A DNA stretch of 64,000 bases. Origin: an uncultured Acidobacteriota bacterium (GTDB taxonomy: Bacteria; Acidobacteriota; JAQAZP01). A model generated the notes under the pieces. It was given only the letters and a program-made list of their open reading frames with translations, had not been told where the DNA came from and ran no database searches. The position numbers and the translations under genes were made by a program. The stretch covers positions 1,312,001 through 1,376,000 of the forward strand of contig CAWIIB010000009.1 of assembly GCA_963836075.1 (NCBI GenBank), given 5' to 3'. Position 1 is the stretch's first letter; the number at the start of each line of letters is the position of its first letter. Shown here piece by piece: positions 28,410 to 40,115 of the stretch.

Positions 28410-29024
28410 ATGATCCGTCTCGTGACCAGAGCAGCAACCGTCGTCCTGCTCACCCTCCTGTTTCTACACCCAGCCGCAGCCCGTGCCGGTGACAAGGAAG
28501 GCCCCTCCTCGAAGGAAGTCAAGCAGATGATCAAGTTCGGCGTCTCCCTCGGCAAGCAGGGCCTGTGGAAGGAAGCCCTGTACCGCTGGCGGGAGGCGCT
28601 GCGCCACGACCCCGACAATCCGGTGCTGTATAACAATATCGCCGTGGCCCTGGAAAGCCAGGGTGATCTGGAGGGGGCGCGGGAGTCGTACCGGCGGGCT
28701 GAGGAGCTGGCCGGGAGGGCCAAGTATCTCAAGCGGAACATCGAAAATTTCGAAGAGCTGTTCACCGCGCTGGAGCAGTACGAGGCCGAGTATCGCAAGC
28801 CACCGGCAGGTGCGCCGGAGGAAGAGGCCGCTGCCGCCGCCAGCGACGGGGACGCCGGGAGCGGCGAGACGCCGGCTGACGGTCCGGCGGGCGACGAAGC
28901 CGGCACCGGCACTGAAGCCGAACCGGTTGAACCGCCGGCCACGGAGTCTGCCCCGGCTGCCGACGAACCAGAGCCGGAGAGCGAAACGCCGGCCGATGAC
29001 CAACCAGTGGAAGAAGTGGAATGA
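28410..29024 (+). CDS. Secreted TPR protein with acidic low-complexity tail
   Basis: Signal peptide; GLWKEALYRW...DPDNPVLYNNIAVALESQG TPR pattern. Confidence 0.85.
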   Translation: MIRLVTRAATVVLLTLLFLHPAAARAGDKEGPSSKEVKQMIKFGVSLGKQGLWKEALYRWREALRHDPDNPVLYNNIAVALESQGDLEGARESYRRAEELAGRAKYLKRNIENFEELFTALEQYEAEYRKPPAGAPEEEAAAAASDGDAGSGETPADGPAGDEAGTGTEAEPVEPPATESAPAADEPEPESETPADDQPVEEVE

Positions 29025-29761
29025 GCCACCTGAACAGAGATACCGAACCGGCCCGGGGGCGCCTCACCGGGGTCGCCTGCCTGCTGCCGCTGATCTGCTT
29101 CGGCCTGCTCCTGCCGGCGTGCCTGCCCGCATGGGCCGGAACGACGCAAGTGACCATCGAGGTTCCGGTGAAGCCGAAGATCGACATCAGTGATTACAAC
29201 TCGCTGATGGTGGCCAACTTCATCTGCGACCGCAATACGCGGATGGATCTGGACGTGGAAGTCGTCCGTTACCTGCGAAAGATGCTGCTGCGCACCCTGA
29301 AACTGGAAGTGGCCAAGGGCGAAGCGCCCACCCTGCCCACCGGCCGCGGCGGCAAGCCGATTTTCGAGGTGCCCGACTACTGGACGGACCTTGGCGGCCG
29401 TTTCGACAGCGACCTGATCCTCTCCGGGACCGTCGCCTTCAGCACCGAAGATCGTTCGGGATACGAGCAGATCGACCTCAGGCAGGGCGGCTACCGCCGG
29501 GATATGGGCTACTCGCCCTACAACACCAGGACCATATTCATCGAGCAAACCGGGTTCTTCCTCAATCTCGAGGTTCACCTGCTCAACGGCCGGACCGGCG
29601 AGGAACTCTACACCGACAAGTTTTACCAGGAGATTATTTACAACGGCAACGGACCGGACGACCTCTCGGTATTCTTTATGATGATGGACAAGCTGGCGCC
29701 GCAGATCACCGGTATCTTGGCCGAACGGAAGACACGCGTCACCCGCTACCTGCTGGACTGA
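29021..29761 (+). CDS. Secreted protein with CsgG/LpoB/TolB-N-like alpha/beta fold
   Basis: Signal peptide; LGGRFDSDLILSGTV...LEVHLLNGRTGEELY pattern; ATGA coupling to the TPR gene. Confidence 0.6.
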   Translation: MSHLNRDTEPARGRLTGVACLLPLICFGLLLPACLPAWAGTTQVTIEVPVKPKIDISDYNSLMVANFICDRNTRMDLDVEVVRYLRKMLLRTLKLEVAKGEAPTLPTGRGGKPIFEVPDYWTDLGGRFDSDLILSGTVAFSTEDRSGYEQIDLRQGGYRRDMGYSPYNTRTIFIEQTGFFLNLEVHLLNGRTGEELYTDKFYQEIIYNGNGPDDLSVFFMMMDKLAPQITGILAERKTRVTRYLLD

Positions 29762-29837
29762 CCGTCCGGGTGCACTGCGGCGTCACACGATAATACTGAT
29801 CGGACCTCCACTCGATGCGCAAGGAGCACAGAGACTG

Positions 29838-32744
29838 ATGACCAGACCCACCGGAACCGCAGTGCGGCGCCCGGGACGGCCCGGCACGCTGACCATCGTC
29901 CTCCTGCTGGCGGCACTGGCCGCCCTCGTCAGCTCGCCGGCTCTCGGCCAGTACCGCAACATCGGCGGCAAGAACAAGATCACCCATGATACATTCGACT
30001 GGAAGGTTTACGAGTCACCGCACTTCAATATCTACTACTACCCCGAGGTGGAGCCCTTCCTGGAGAAGCTGGTCAGCTACTCCGAGAGCGCCTACCTCAA
30101 GGTCAGCACCACCCTCGACTACCAGCTGGGGTTCAAAGTGCCGGTCTTCTTCTACAAGACCCACGGCGAGTTCGAACAGACCAATATCACCATGTCGATG
30201 CTCCCCGAGGGGGTGGGCGCCTTTGCCACGCCGTCGAAGAACCGCATCGTCATCCCCATTGACGACCCGCCGGACCAGATGCAGACCACCCTGACCCACG
30301 AACTCGTTCACATCTTCCAGTATGACCTGTTCTACCAGTCGGACCTGAGCAAGGCCTACCGCAGCGCGCCGCCACTCTGGATCATGGAAGGCATGGCGGA
30401 GTTCGTGGGGCAGACCGGCTGGAGCACCCGTAACGAGGCGGTGATCCGGGACGCGGTGCTCAACGACATGGTCCCGCCGATCCTCCAGCTCAACGCCCAG
30501 TCCTTCCTGACCTACCGCTTCGGCCAGGCGGCTTTCGATTACATGTATGAGCAGTGGGGCCTGGAAGGGGTGCGGGATTTCATCCAGGCCTTCCGCCGCC
30601 ACCTCACCACCCGCAATCTGGGCAAGGTGGTGGAAGAAGCATTCGGGGTGACGGCCGAAGAGTTCGACACCGGCTTTCGCCGCTACCTCCGCGGCAAGTA
30701 TATTCGCGGGTCGATCGAGAAGGATGAGCCCGCCGACTACGGCAAGGAGATCGGGCTCAAGGGCCCCTACGTCCACACCTTCTCCCCGGCTTTTTCCCCC
30801 TCGGGTGAACTGGTGGCCGTGCTGACCAACATGGAGGGCGAGGTCGACCTGGTGCTGATCTCCGCCGAGGACGGCGAAGTGGTGAAGAACCTGACCAAGG
30901 GTTACACCACCGCCTACGAATATATCGTCATCGAGTCCTTCTCGGGCAAGAACGATGTGGACTGGGCCCCGGACGGCAACACCATCGCCCTCTTTGTCCG
31001 CCGGGAACGGGGCCGCGACCTGATGCTGGTCAATGCCATCACCGGCCGCAAAATGGCCCAGGTCACCCTGCCCAACCTGTACGAGAACGCCTCCCCCGCC
31101 TTCTCGCCGGACAGCAAGCGGATTCTCTTTGCGGCCAACCAGGACGGGGTGGTGGACATCTTCGAGTTCGAGATCGACACCGAGAACATTCGCAACATCA
31201 CCCAGGATGCTTTCTGGGACACCAACCCCACCTACTCGCCCGACGGCAACTACTGCGTCTACAACCGGCGGATCAACGGCCACGAGAAGTTGATCAAGGT
31301 GTCGCTCACCGACCCCGAAGAGAAGACCCAGTTGACCTTTGGCGAGCACGACGACATCCAGGCTGCCTACGCTCCCGACGGCAAGCGGATCTACTTCACA
31401 TCGGACGAGTCGGGGATCTTCAACTTCTCGATTCTCGACCTGGAGACGCTGGAGGTCAGTGTCTACACCGACGTGGTCAGCGGGATCAGCAACCCGATCC
31501 CCCTGGCCTCCACCACCGATGCCGAGCGGGTGGGCTTCACGACCTTTTTCAAAGGCAAGTTCCGGCTCTACGAGATGGAGCTGGACGAGCCGATGCGGAC
31601 CATCGAGCCGCCCGCAGGGGATGAGGTCCCCGACCTGGACGAGCAGGAGGACTTCAAGCCGGACCTCGAACTGACCATCGACGACGAGGACAAGCAGGAG
31701 TATCAGAAGTACAAGTTCTTCGTCGAAAGCGCCGAAGCCATTGCCGGGCTCAGCGACCTCGGCGATTTCATCACCTCCTCCTACATCAGCCTCAGCGACA
31801 TGTCCGGCGACCAGCGCATCCAGGTGATACTCCAGTCGCTGTACACCTACACCAACATCGAGGCCACCTATTTCAACACCCGCAAGCGCTACGACTGGGG
31901 GGTCCACCTCTTCGACCTGCGGGATTACTTCGTCTACTACGATCCCACCGAGCCCAGCGGGCTGGGCCGTGACCAGACCTATCGACGCACCGGGGGGACC
32001 CTGTTCGGCGCCTACCCGGTGGACAAGTTCCGCCGCTTCGAAGGTTCGGTGGGCTACATGTTCCGCGACCACTGGACGCCGTACGTGGAGGACAACGTGA
32101 TCGTCGATTACGTGCCGGTGGACGACGACCTGCCCTTCGTGGGGCTCTCGTTTATCGGTGATACGGCCCGCTACTCCAGCTTCGGGCCGATCCATGGCCG
32201 GAAATACACCATGAGCGTCCAGTACGCCCCCGAGATCAGCGGGCGCACCTCCGGTTTCACCGATGTCCAGGTCGAGTTCCGCAACTATTTCCAGCTGACC
32301 AAGCGTTCGCTGATCGCTCACCGGCTCTTCGCCTTCGGCAGCTTCAGCGACGTGCCCAACTTCCGCACCTTTGGTGGGATGAACACCCTGCGCACCTGGG
32401 ATTTCCGCACCTTCATCGGCAGCCGCACCGCCTTCTCCAACCTCGAGTTCCGCTTCCCGCTGGTGGACCGTGTGGTCTTCCCCTTCGGTATGCAGCTCCG
32501 CGAGATCCGCGGTCTGCTCTTCTGGGACATCGGCACCGCCTGGTGGGAAGATGCAGGTTACGAGTTCACCTATGAGGACGAAGAAGGCAAGACGCGCTTC
32601 CAGGACGTCTACTCGTCCCTGGGCTGGGGCTTCCACCTCTTCTTCGGCCCCTTCCAGTTGCACTGGGACTTCGGCAAACGCTGGGACCTGGTGGACTTCA
32701 GCAGCGGGTTCATCACACAGTTCTGGATCGGCTACGAATTTTAG
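29838..32744 (+). CDS. Omp85/BamA-family outer membrane protein with N-terminal peptidase-MA-like domain and PD40 (TolB-like) propeller
   Basis: GKNKI...FDW; HELVH...WIMEGMAE; repeated PAFSPSG/WAPDG/FSPD/YSPDG; C-terminal barrel LEFRFPL...FWDIG...FWIGYEF. Confidence 0.85.
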   Translation: MTRPTGTAVRRPGRPGTLTIVLLLAALAALVSSPALGQYRNIGGKNKITHDTFDWKVYESPHFNIYYYPEVEPFLEKLVSYSESAYLKVSTTLDYQLGFKVPVFFYKTHGEFEQTNITMSMLPEGVGAFATPSKNRIVIPIDDPPDQMQTTLTHELVHIFQYDLFYQSDLSKAYRSAPPLWIMEGMAEFVGQTGWSTRNEAVIRDAVLNDMVPPILQLNAQSFLTYRFGQAAFDYMYEQWGLEGVRDFIQAFRRHLTTRNLGKVVEEAFGVTAEEFDTGFRRYLRGKYIRGSIEKDEPADYGKEIGLKGPYVHTFSPAFSPSGELVAVLTNMEGEVDLVLISAEDGEVVKNLTKGYTTAYEYIVIESFSGKNDVDWAPDGNTIALFVRRERGRDLMLVNAITGRKMAQVTLPNLYENASPAFSPDSKRILFAANQDGVVDIFEFEIDTENIRNITQDAFWDTNPTYSPDGNYCVYNRRINGHEKLIKVSLTDPEEKTQLTFGEHDDIQAAYAPDGKRIYFTSDESGIFNFSILDLETLEVSVYTDVVSGISNPIPLASTTDAERVGFTTFFKGKFRLYEMELDEPMRTIEPPAGDEVPDLDEQEDFKPDLELTIDDEDKQEYQKYKFFVESAEAIAGLSDLGDFITSSYISLSDMSGDQRIQVILQSLYTYTNIEATYFNTRKRYDWGVHLFDLRDYFVYYDPTEPSGLGRDQTYRRTGGTLFGAYPVDKFRRFEGSVGYMFRDHWTPYVEDNVIVDYVPVDDDLPFVGLSFIGDTARYSSFGPIHGRKYTMSVQYAPEISGRTSGFTDVQVEFRNYFQLTKRSLIAHRLFAFGSFSDVPNFRTFGGMNTLRTWDFRTFIGSRTAFSNLEFRFPLVDRVVFPFGMQLREIRGLLFWDIGTAWWEDAGYEFTYEDEEGKTRFQDVYSSLGWGFHLFFGPFQLHWDFGKRWDLVDFSSGFITQFWIGYEF

Positions 32745-33661
32745 TTACTCTTCCGAGATGGGGAAGCGGGTGAGGGCCAGGGTGCTGCCGGCCAGGCCGA
32801 GCAGGAGGCCGGTGAGGATCAGGCAGACGGTCATGGAGAGGGAGAGGAAATCCACGGCCAGGAAGCCGAGGAGCACCGCCGAGGTTTCCTCGAGGTAGTG
32901 CAGGAACCACTGCCAGACCACCGAGAGCAGGGCCAGGGAGCAGAGTGACCCCAGCAGGCCCAGCACCATCCCCTCGAAGAGGTGCGGCCCCTTGATAAAG
33001 GCCGGGGTGGCGCCGACGATGCGCATGATCTCGATCTCGTCCCGCCGGCCCATCAGGGCCAGACGGATCACCGCCGCGGTGGTCAGGGCCGCGGCCAGCG
33101 AGATGATCGCGCCGAAGAGGCTGCCCACCAGCCGGACCACCGCGGCCATGGCCGATACCCGCTCCAGCCAGCGGGTGTCCAGTTGCAGCTCGTCCACCGC
33201 CGGGCTGGTGGCCCACTGTTCGGCGTAGTCCTCCAGCTGTTCCATGTCCTCCGGGCCGGTGTCCCCCTTGAGGCGAACCTCCAGGGAGGCGGGAAGCGGG
33301 TTCCGTTCGAGGTCGGCTTCGACGCCGCGCAGGCCGGGGAAATACTCCCGGAACCGCTGGCCGGCCTCCTCCTTGCTGATGTAGACCACCCCTTCCACCA
33401 GCGTGCACTGGTTGATCTCCTTCTTCAGCGCGGCCACGTCGCCGTCCAGGGCCTGGTCGGTGAGGAAGATGGTCACTTCAAGGCTCTCGCCCCAGCCGGC
33501 CACCGCTTTCTGGATATTGGCCGCGGCGAGGAGGAAGGCCCCGAGGACGAAGAGGGCCGAGGCGATGATCGCCACCGCCAGCAGGTTGATCCCCTTGCTG
33601 CGCCAGAGGCCGTAGGCGGCTTCCTCGACAAAGTACTTCAGTGCGGCCAGGTAGCGTGACA

Positions 33662-33662
<1 letters not shown>
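32745..33662 (-). CDS. ftsX: Cell division permease FtsX
   Basis: ISKEEA, NPLPASLEV, RRDEIEIMRIVGATPAFIKGP.LFEG. Confidence 0.93.
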
Positions 33663-34386
<724 letters not shown>

Positions 34387-34390
<4 letters not shown>

Positions 34391-36816
34391 CAGCCGCGAG
34401 CCTCCTCTTCCTCCTCCCACTCTTCCAGGCGCCGGCGGTTCCGGCGCCGCTTGCGCAGGTAGCCCAGCACGAAGAGCAGGGTCACCAGCAGCCAGAGCGT
34501 GCCCCCGCTGGTCACCATGGGGATGTAGCGGTAGCGCCAGGTGAGCCCGCGCCGCCAGTCGGCCTCCACGCTGTGCAGCGGGCGGCCGGTGACCTCGCGA
34601 AAGGCTTCATTGAAGGCCGTCCCCGAGCCCACCCGCCTGAGTATACTCCCCGGCGCGCCGCTGCCGTATTCCTTTCGCAGGTGGGTCAGGAACAGGTAAC
34701 TCTGGGCGTAGGCCACGCTGGCCGACCACCGCCCGTCAGGGAAGCCGCGGGTCAGCTCGCCCAGGGGGAGCGGCTTGCGGGTGATCAGGTGTTTGGAGAT
34801 GTTCACCACGTCGCCCAGGCCCCAGGCCCGGGTGTGGATCATGGCCAGGCCCTCGTTGAACCAGCGGGGCACCAGGGCGGCGTAGGGGCCGGCGGCGTCC
34901 TGCACCAGGATGTGCACCAGCTCGTGGCGGAAGGTGCTCAGCACGTCCTGATGCACCGTGCCCCGCATAAAGGCGGTTTTCAGCACGATGATCCTGCGGC
35001 CGGCCACGGCATAGCCCACCGACCATTCCGGAGTGGGCGGCAGGGAAAAGGTCAGCTGGGCCACGTCCCTGTCGGTGGTCAGGATCATCACCCGCACCGG
35101 GCCCCGGGGAATGATGCCCATGTCGCCGGAGATCTCGGCCAGGATCGGTTCGGCCTGGCCGGTCAGCACCTCCAGCGCCCCCCTGTAGCGTGCGGGGGCG
35201 TAGAGGTGGAAGTGCGGAGTGGTGCGGGCGATGAAGTAGCCCGGGGTGCGGCCCAGCTGTTCGGGACGTGCCTGACGGGTCTGGGCCGCCGCCGGCTGGA
35301 GCAACCCGAAGAGCAGGGCGAGGCAGAGGATCAGCATGGCCAGCGGGCCGGGCAGGCCCGGTTTCCCGCCGGATGCGTTGTCGCCCAGCTTACGGCGCAG
35401 GACCTCCGACACCTGCTGCGGGTCGGCCGTGCCGCCGGTGGCCTTCATCACTTCTCCGATGAGGAAGGTCAACACCGCGCTTTTGCCCCTGCGGAACTGT
35501 TCCACCGATTTCGGGTTCTGATCCATAACCCGGTCGGCGGCACGCTCCACATCGGCTTTGTTGGCCAGTCCGGTCTTGCCCAGCCGCTGGGCCGCCTCGC
35601 CCGCGGTGTCGCCGGTGCGGAACATCTCGCTGAACACGTCCTTTGACGCCGGGCCGCTCAACTGACCTGCCTGCACCATGTTCACCAGGCCGCCGAGGTG
35701 CCGGGGCGGCAGCGGGCAGTCCTCCACCGGGATCGTGCTGCTGCTTAGAGCGTGGAGCAGCTCGCCGGTGATCCGGTGAGCCAGGTCCACGGGATTGGAA
35801 CAGGATGCAGCCGCCGTCTCGAAATAGTCGGCCAGGGCCTGCTCACTGCAGAGCAGGACAGCGGTTTCCCGGGCCAGGCCGAACTGGTCCACCAGCCGTT
35901 CCCGCCGCGCCGCGGGAAGCTCGGGCAGCCGGCCGCGCAGCCGGGCCAGCGACGCCTCGCTCACCAGGGCGGGGGGCAGGTCCGGTTCGGGGAAATAGCG
36001 GTAATCGGGGGCGTCAGACTTGGGGCGCATCAGGATGGTGCGTCCGGTCTCCTCGTCCCAGCTGCGGGTCTCGTCCTGCACCTCGCCGCCTGCATCCAGC
36101 AGCTGGGATTGCCGCCGGATCTCCTCGACGATGGCCAGGCGCACTGCCCGGAAGGAGTTGAGGTTTTTCAGCTCGGTGCGGGCCCGCAGCTCGCTGCTGC
36201 CGGCCGGGCGGAGCGACACATTGACGTCGCAGCGCAGGCTCCCCTCCTCCATCCGGCCGCTGCAGATCCCCAGATACTCGAGGATGGTTTTCAGCTCTTC
36301 CAGGTAGCGCACCGTCTCGCCGGGACTGCGCAGGTCGGGCCGGGAGACGATTTCGATCAGCGGGATGCCGGCGCGGTTGAAGTCGAGCAGTGTACGGCCC
36401 TCGACCTCCTCGTGGAGCAGCTTGCCCGCGTCCTCCTCGAGGTGGATCCGCTCGATGCCGATCCGGCGGCGGCCGTGGTCGTCACCCTCCATATCGAGGT
36501 GGCCGTCCACGGCCAGCGGTTCATTGTGCTGGGTGATCTGGTAGCCCTTGGGCAGGTCGGGGTAGAAGTAGTGCTTGCGGGCAAAGCGGGACGAACCGTT
36601 GATCCGGCAGTCACAGGCCAGGCCCATGGAGGCCGCCATTTCCAGCGCCCGGCCGTTGAGCAGTGGCAGGGTGCCGGGGTGGCCAGTGCAGACCGGGCAG
36701 GTGTTGCTGTTCGGCGGGTCGCCAAACGCTGTGGAACAGGAGCAGAACAGCTTGCTGCGGGTCAACAGCTGGGCATGGACTTCCACGCCGATGACCGCTT
36801 CCATGGTCTCCTTCAT
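34387..36816 (-). CDS. gatB: Asp/Glu-tRNA amidotransferase subunit B fused in frame to a membrane-anchored peptidase-MA-like domain
   Basis: IGVEVHAQL, YFYPDLPKGYQITQ, HLEEDAGK, RCDVNVS, ELKNLNS, DYRYFPEPDL, YqeY-like tail; then a hydrophobic signal-like segment, HELVH...PRWFNEGLA and a C-terminal TM plus basic tail. Confidence 0.85.
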
Positions 36817-36854
36817 CAGGGTCTGCTCCGAGCCGGAATCATTGGAATGAAGCG

Positions 36855-36863
36855 ATTATAACA
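36855..36863 (-). promoter_or_regulatory. Extended -10 promoter for gatB-ftsEX
   Basis: Minus strand TGTTATAAT, 38 nt upstream of the ATG. Confidence 0.55.
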
Positions 36864-36906
36864 CAGGGGGGTGAGGGGGGATCGTGGGGAGAGAGGGGAT
36901 TCGTCC

Positions 36907-36991
36907 GTCATCGCGAGCGTAGCGAAGCGATCTCCAGTTCGCTAAGGCGAACGTAGAGATTGCTTCGTCACCGTCGGGGCTCACCATGAAC
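36907..36991. repeat. Palindromic CATTGCGAG/CGAAGCAATC element, copy 2 (inverted relative to copy 1)
   Basis: 36907-36932 matches the reverse complement of 17662-17687 at 23/26; 36956-36975 matches the reverse complement of 17618-17637 at 19/20. Confidence 0.8.
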
Positions 36992-37001
36992 AGACTCCCG
37001 C

Positions 37002-37688
37002 TCAGGCCTTTTTGAAGTAAAAGTCGATCCTGGCCCGGCCCAGCTCGATGGTGTCGAAGTTCTTGAGCATCACCCGGTCGCCGACCTTGCGGCCATTGAC
37101 CCGCGGACGGGCCAGGCCCTTGATCCGCCGCAGCTGGAAGCCGCGGTCCTGGCGGTTGATGGTGGCGGCGAAGCGCCCGACAAAGAGCCCCCGGATCTGC
37201 ACGTCGTTGGCCTTGTCACTGCCCAGGCGGGTGATCCACTTGGTCAGCTCCATATCGCCGTTGCCGCCCTTGACGAAGGTGAGCATGGCCGTCTTCTCCT
37301 CGGGCATGTTGCTCTCCAGCATCTCGCGGAAGCTGCTGGTGTCCAGGACCATGGTCTGGTCGATGGCCGCGCCGTTGTCCGGTTGGGGCGCCTCCTCTTC
37401 GCTGAGGCCGAAGATCAGCTGGTGCTTGCCCACGGTGATCACGTCACCGTCGGTGAGCCAGTGGCTGGAGACCATTTTGCCGCCCACCATGGTGCCGTTC
37501 TTGCTGTTCAGGTCGGTGAGCAGGTAGCCCTGCTCCACCTTGTCGATCCGGGCGTGGACCGACGAGACGGCAATGTTGTCCACCACGAAATCGTTGCTGT
37601 CGCGGCGGCCGATGGTCCAGGACTGCGACCCGAACAGCGGGTGCTCGCCCTGCGGCACATTCTTGAAACTGACGTTGAGAGTCGGCAT
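37002..37688 (-). CDS. Tandem FHA domain protein
   Basis: IGRR..ND...VSSVHA...DLNSKNGT canonical FHA; second, degenerate FHA at the C-terminus; AAGGAG RBS before ATG 37688. Confidence 0.9.
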   Translation of the reverse strand: MPTLNVSFKNVPQGEHPLFGSQSWTIGRRDSNDFVVDNIAVSSVHARIDKVEQGYLLTDLNSKNGTMVGGKMVSSHWLTDGDVITVGKHQLIFGLSEEEAPQPDNGAAIDQTMVLDTSSFREMLESNMPEEKTAMLTFVKGGNGDMELTKWITRLGSDKANDVQIRGLFVGRFAATINRQDRGFQLRRIKGLARPRVNGRKVGDRVMLKNFDTIELGRARIDFYFKKA

Positions 37689-37902
37689 CTTCCTTACTCC
37701 TTCTCCTTCGGTGCCGCGAGGGGGATGGCACAATCCACCTCCGGAACCGCCGGCGGCCGTATACACCATGTCGGCAGAACCGGTCATTATCTTGAGTGTG
37801 CGGAAACTGTTCATTGAATCCGGTGAAACGACCGATAAGTGAGGTGATGAAGGGGTTCATCAAGCGGTTCAGGGGACCGCAGGCCGCGAGCAGTACAGTG
37901 GT

Positions 37903-39720
37903 ATGGCTGAAATCGACGAGCGGTATGAGATTCTCGACGAGCTTGGACGCGGGGCCCGCGGCGTTGTTTACAAGGCGCGGGACAAGCGGATCGGCCGCCT
38001 GGTGGCGCTGAAGGCGATCCGCCCCGAGCCCGGGTTGAGCCCCGACGAGGAACAGGAGTTCTTCCAGCGCTTCCACCGCGAAGCGCTCACCGCCGGCAAC
38101 CTGACCCACCCCAATATCGTCACCATCTACGACATTTACGAAGATGCGGCCACCCGCACCTCGTATATCTCCATGGAATATATCCGCGGCCAGTCGCTGC
38201 AGCAGATGATCGACGACGGGCGGGTGTTCAACATCGAGGAAGCGATGAAGATCGCCATCCAGGTGGCGGCGGGCCTCGATTTCGCACACCGGCGCGGGGT
38301 GATTCACCGGGACATCAAGCCGGCGAACCTGATCTTCGATACCGAAGAGCGCCTGATCATCACCGACTTCAGCGTGGCCCGCATCGACACCTCCGAACTG
38401 ACCAGGGACGGCCAGTTCATGGGCACCCCCAGCTTCATCGCCCCGGAGCAGATCACCGGCGGCCAGGTGGGGCCCCGTTCGGATCTCTTTTCCCTGGCGG
38501 TGGTGTTGTACCAGCTGTTGACCAACGAACGCCCCTTCATCGGTGACAACATGTCCACCGTGCTGTACAAGATCGTGCACCGCGACCCGCCGCCGCCCTC
38601 GCTGCTCAACACAGCGGTGAGCCAGGATATCGACGCGGTGGTGGCCATGGGCCTGGACAAGAACCCCGATAAAAGATACCAGGAGGCCTCGTGGTTCAAG
38701 GAGGACCTGGTGTCGCTGATCCGTGGGCAGAGACCGCACCACGCCGTGAGTGGAAATATAGACGAACCGTCGTTGGCCACGGTGGCGCTGGCGCTGCCCC
38801 CGGCGACGGACGGGGGATTGACCCGGACAGCCCAAAGCCTGGCCAGGATGGCCACCGCTTGCCGGCGGGTAGTTCACCTCCTGTTCCGGGTGGACCTGCT
38901 GGCCCGGCTGCCCAACTGGGTCAGAAGCCTGGAACACCGGGCCCGCTGGGCCATGATCTCCGCCTTCTGCGTGATTCTGGCCACGGCGATCTTTTCCTGG
39001 ACCTGGTTCGGCAGTGCCGGCGCCGGAACGCCGGTCTCCCTGCTGCCGGACAATCCGCTGATCGAAACCATACGCCGGCCGTCGGATGTCTGGTTCGACC
39101 AGTCGCGTTACCAGGACGGAGGGCCGGGGGGCATCGCCTTCGCCTCGATGCAGGAGCAGTGGCAGGAGTTCGTGGTCCGGCCGGCGGAAGCTGAGGAACG
39201 GGCCCGAGCGGCCGAACGGGCGGCCCGGGCCGCCGAGCGCCAGCGGGCCGCGGAGGAGGCCGAGGCCCGGCAGCGGGAAGAGGCTGAGGCGCTGGCAGAA
39301 CTGGCGAAGCCGCGAGTTGTGCCACCGGCCCCGCCGGTGACCAGAACTGTGGCCATTCCCCTGCCGCCGCCGGGCACCCTGGACCTGGTGCTGCACCACT
39401 CCTTCCCCCAGGGCACGCTCACGGTTCGTGCCGGAGGCAAGGTGCTCTTCTCCTCGCAGATCAACAGTGATGCCGAGGGGGAGGCCGGGAGCAGGAAGCC
39501 GATGCAGGGCCTCAAGCGCCGCTTCAAGCAGGAGGTTGCCACCTTCAGCGGTATCCCCGTGCCCTCGGGGCACAACCAGCTGGAGGTGCAGCTGGAGGTG
39601 CCGGGCAAGGATGTGCTGCCGGTGGAACTGGGCGCGGCCTTCCAGCCGGACGAGAAGCGGAGGCTGCACGTCACCTACGGCCGGATCAAGGGCAAGAAGG
39701 TCACCACCCGCTGGGACTAG
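37903..39720 (+). CDS. Membrane-anchored Hanks-type Ser/Thr protein kinase
   Basis: LGRGARGVVY, VALK, HRDIKPANL, DFS, GTPSFIAPEQ, SDLFSL; TM helix, Ala/Glu/Arg coiled coil, C-terminal beta domain. Confidence 0.92.
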   Translation: MAEIDERYEILDELGRGARGVVYKARDKRIGRLVALKAIRPEPGLSPDEEQEFFQRFHREALTAGNLTHPNIVTIYDIYEDAATRTSYISMEYIRGQSLQQMIDDGRVFNIEEAMKIAIQVAAGLDFAHRRGVIHRDIKPANLIFDTEERLIITDFSVARIDTSELTRDGQFMGTPSFIAPEQITGGQVGPRSDLFSLAVVLYQLLTNERPFIGDNMSTVLYKIVHRDPPPPSLLNTAVSQDIDAVVAMGLDKNPDKRYQEASWFKEDLVSLIRGQRPHHAVSGNIDEPSLATVALALPPATDGGLTRTAQSLARMATACRRVVHLLFRVDLLARLPNWVRSLEHRARWAMISAFCVILATAIFSWTWFGSAGAGTPVSLLPDNPLIETIRRPSDVWFDQSRYQDGGPGGIAFASMQEQWQEFVVRPAEAEERARAAERAARAAERQRAAEEAEARQREEAEALAELAKPRVVPPAPPVTRTVAIPLPPPGTLDLVLHHSFPQGTLTVRAGGKVLFSSQINSDAEGEAGSRKPMQGLKRRFKQEVATFSGIPVPSGHNQLEVQLEVPGKDVLPVELGAAFQPDEKRRLHVTYGRIKGKKVTTRWD

Positions 39721-39730
39721 GGCTCCGGGA

Positions 39731-40081
39731 TCACTTCCTGCCGGATGAACTCAGCGCCGCATCCACCTGCTCCCGCTCGCGGTCCAGCCGCTCCCCGATG
39801 GAATTGCAGACGCTCTCGCAGATGGTAAAGACCTTGGGGTCGGTGATGCCGTAGAAGGCGTTGAGGCCTTCGCGGCGGCAGTCCACCAGGCCGGCGCGGC
39901 GGAGCACCGCCAGGTGCCGCGACACGTTGGCCTGGCTGCCGCCCACCGCCTCGATGATCGAGGTGACGCTCAGTTCTCCCCCGTGCAGGCTGTGCAGGAT
40001 ACGCAGCCGCATCGGGTCGGCCATCGCCTTGAGCACCTCGCTCACCTGGAGGATGACGTCCTCTGTCATTCTATTGCTCAT
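39731..40081 (-). CDS. ArsR/SmtB family transcriptional regulator
   Basis: LKAMADPMRLRIL, SQANVSRHL, RREG...Y; C-terminal CxxxC. Confidence 0.92.
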   Translation of the reverse strand: MSNRMTEDVILQVSEVLKAMADPMRLRILHSLHGGELSVTSIIEAVGGSQANVSRHLAVLRRAGLVDCRREGLNAFYGITDPKVFTICESVCNSIGERLDREREQVDAALSSSGRK

Positions 40082-40115
40082 CGGTACTACTTTCGTGAAC
40101 CGGTCTCCTGCAGAC

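Noticed and set aside
39180-39300. GC-rich quasi-repeats in the kinase gene
   Set aside because: They encode an Ala/Glu/Arg coiled coil, not a DNA repeat element
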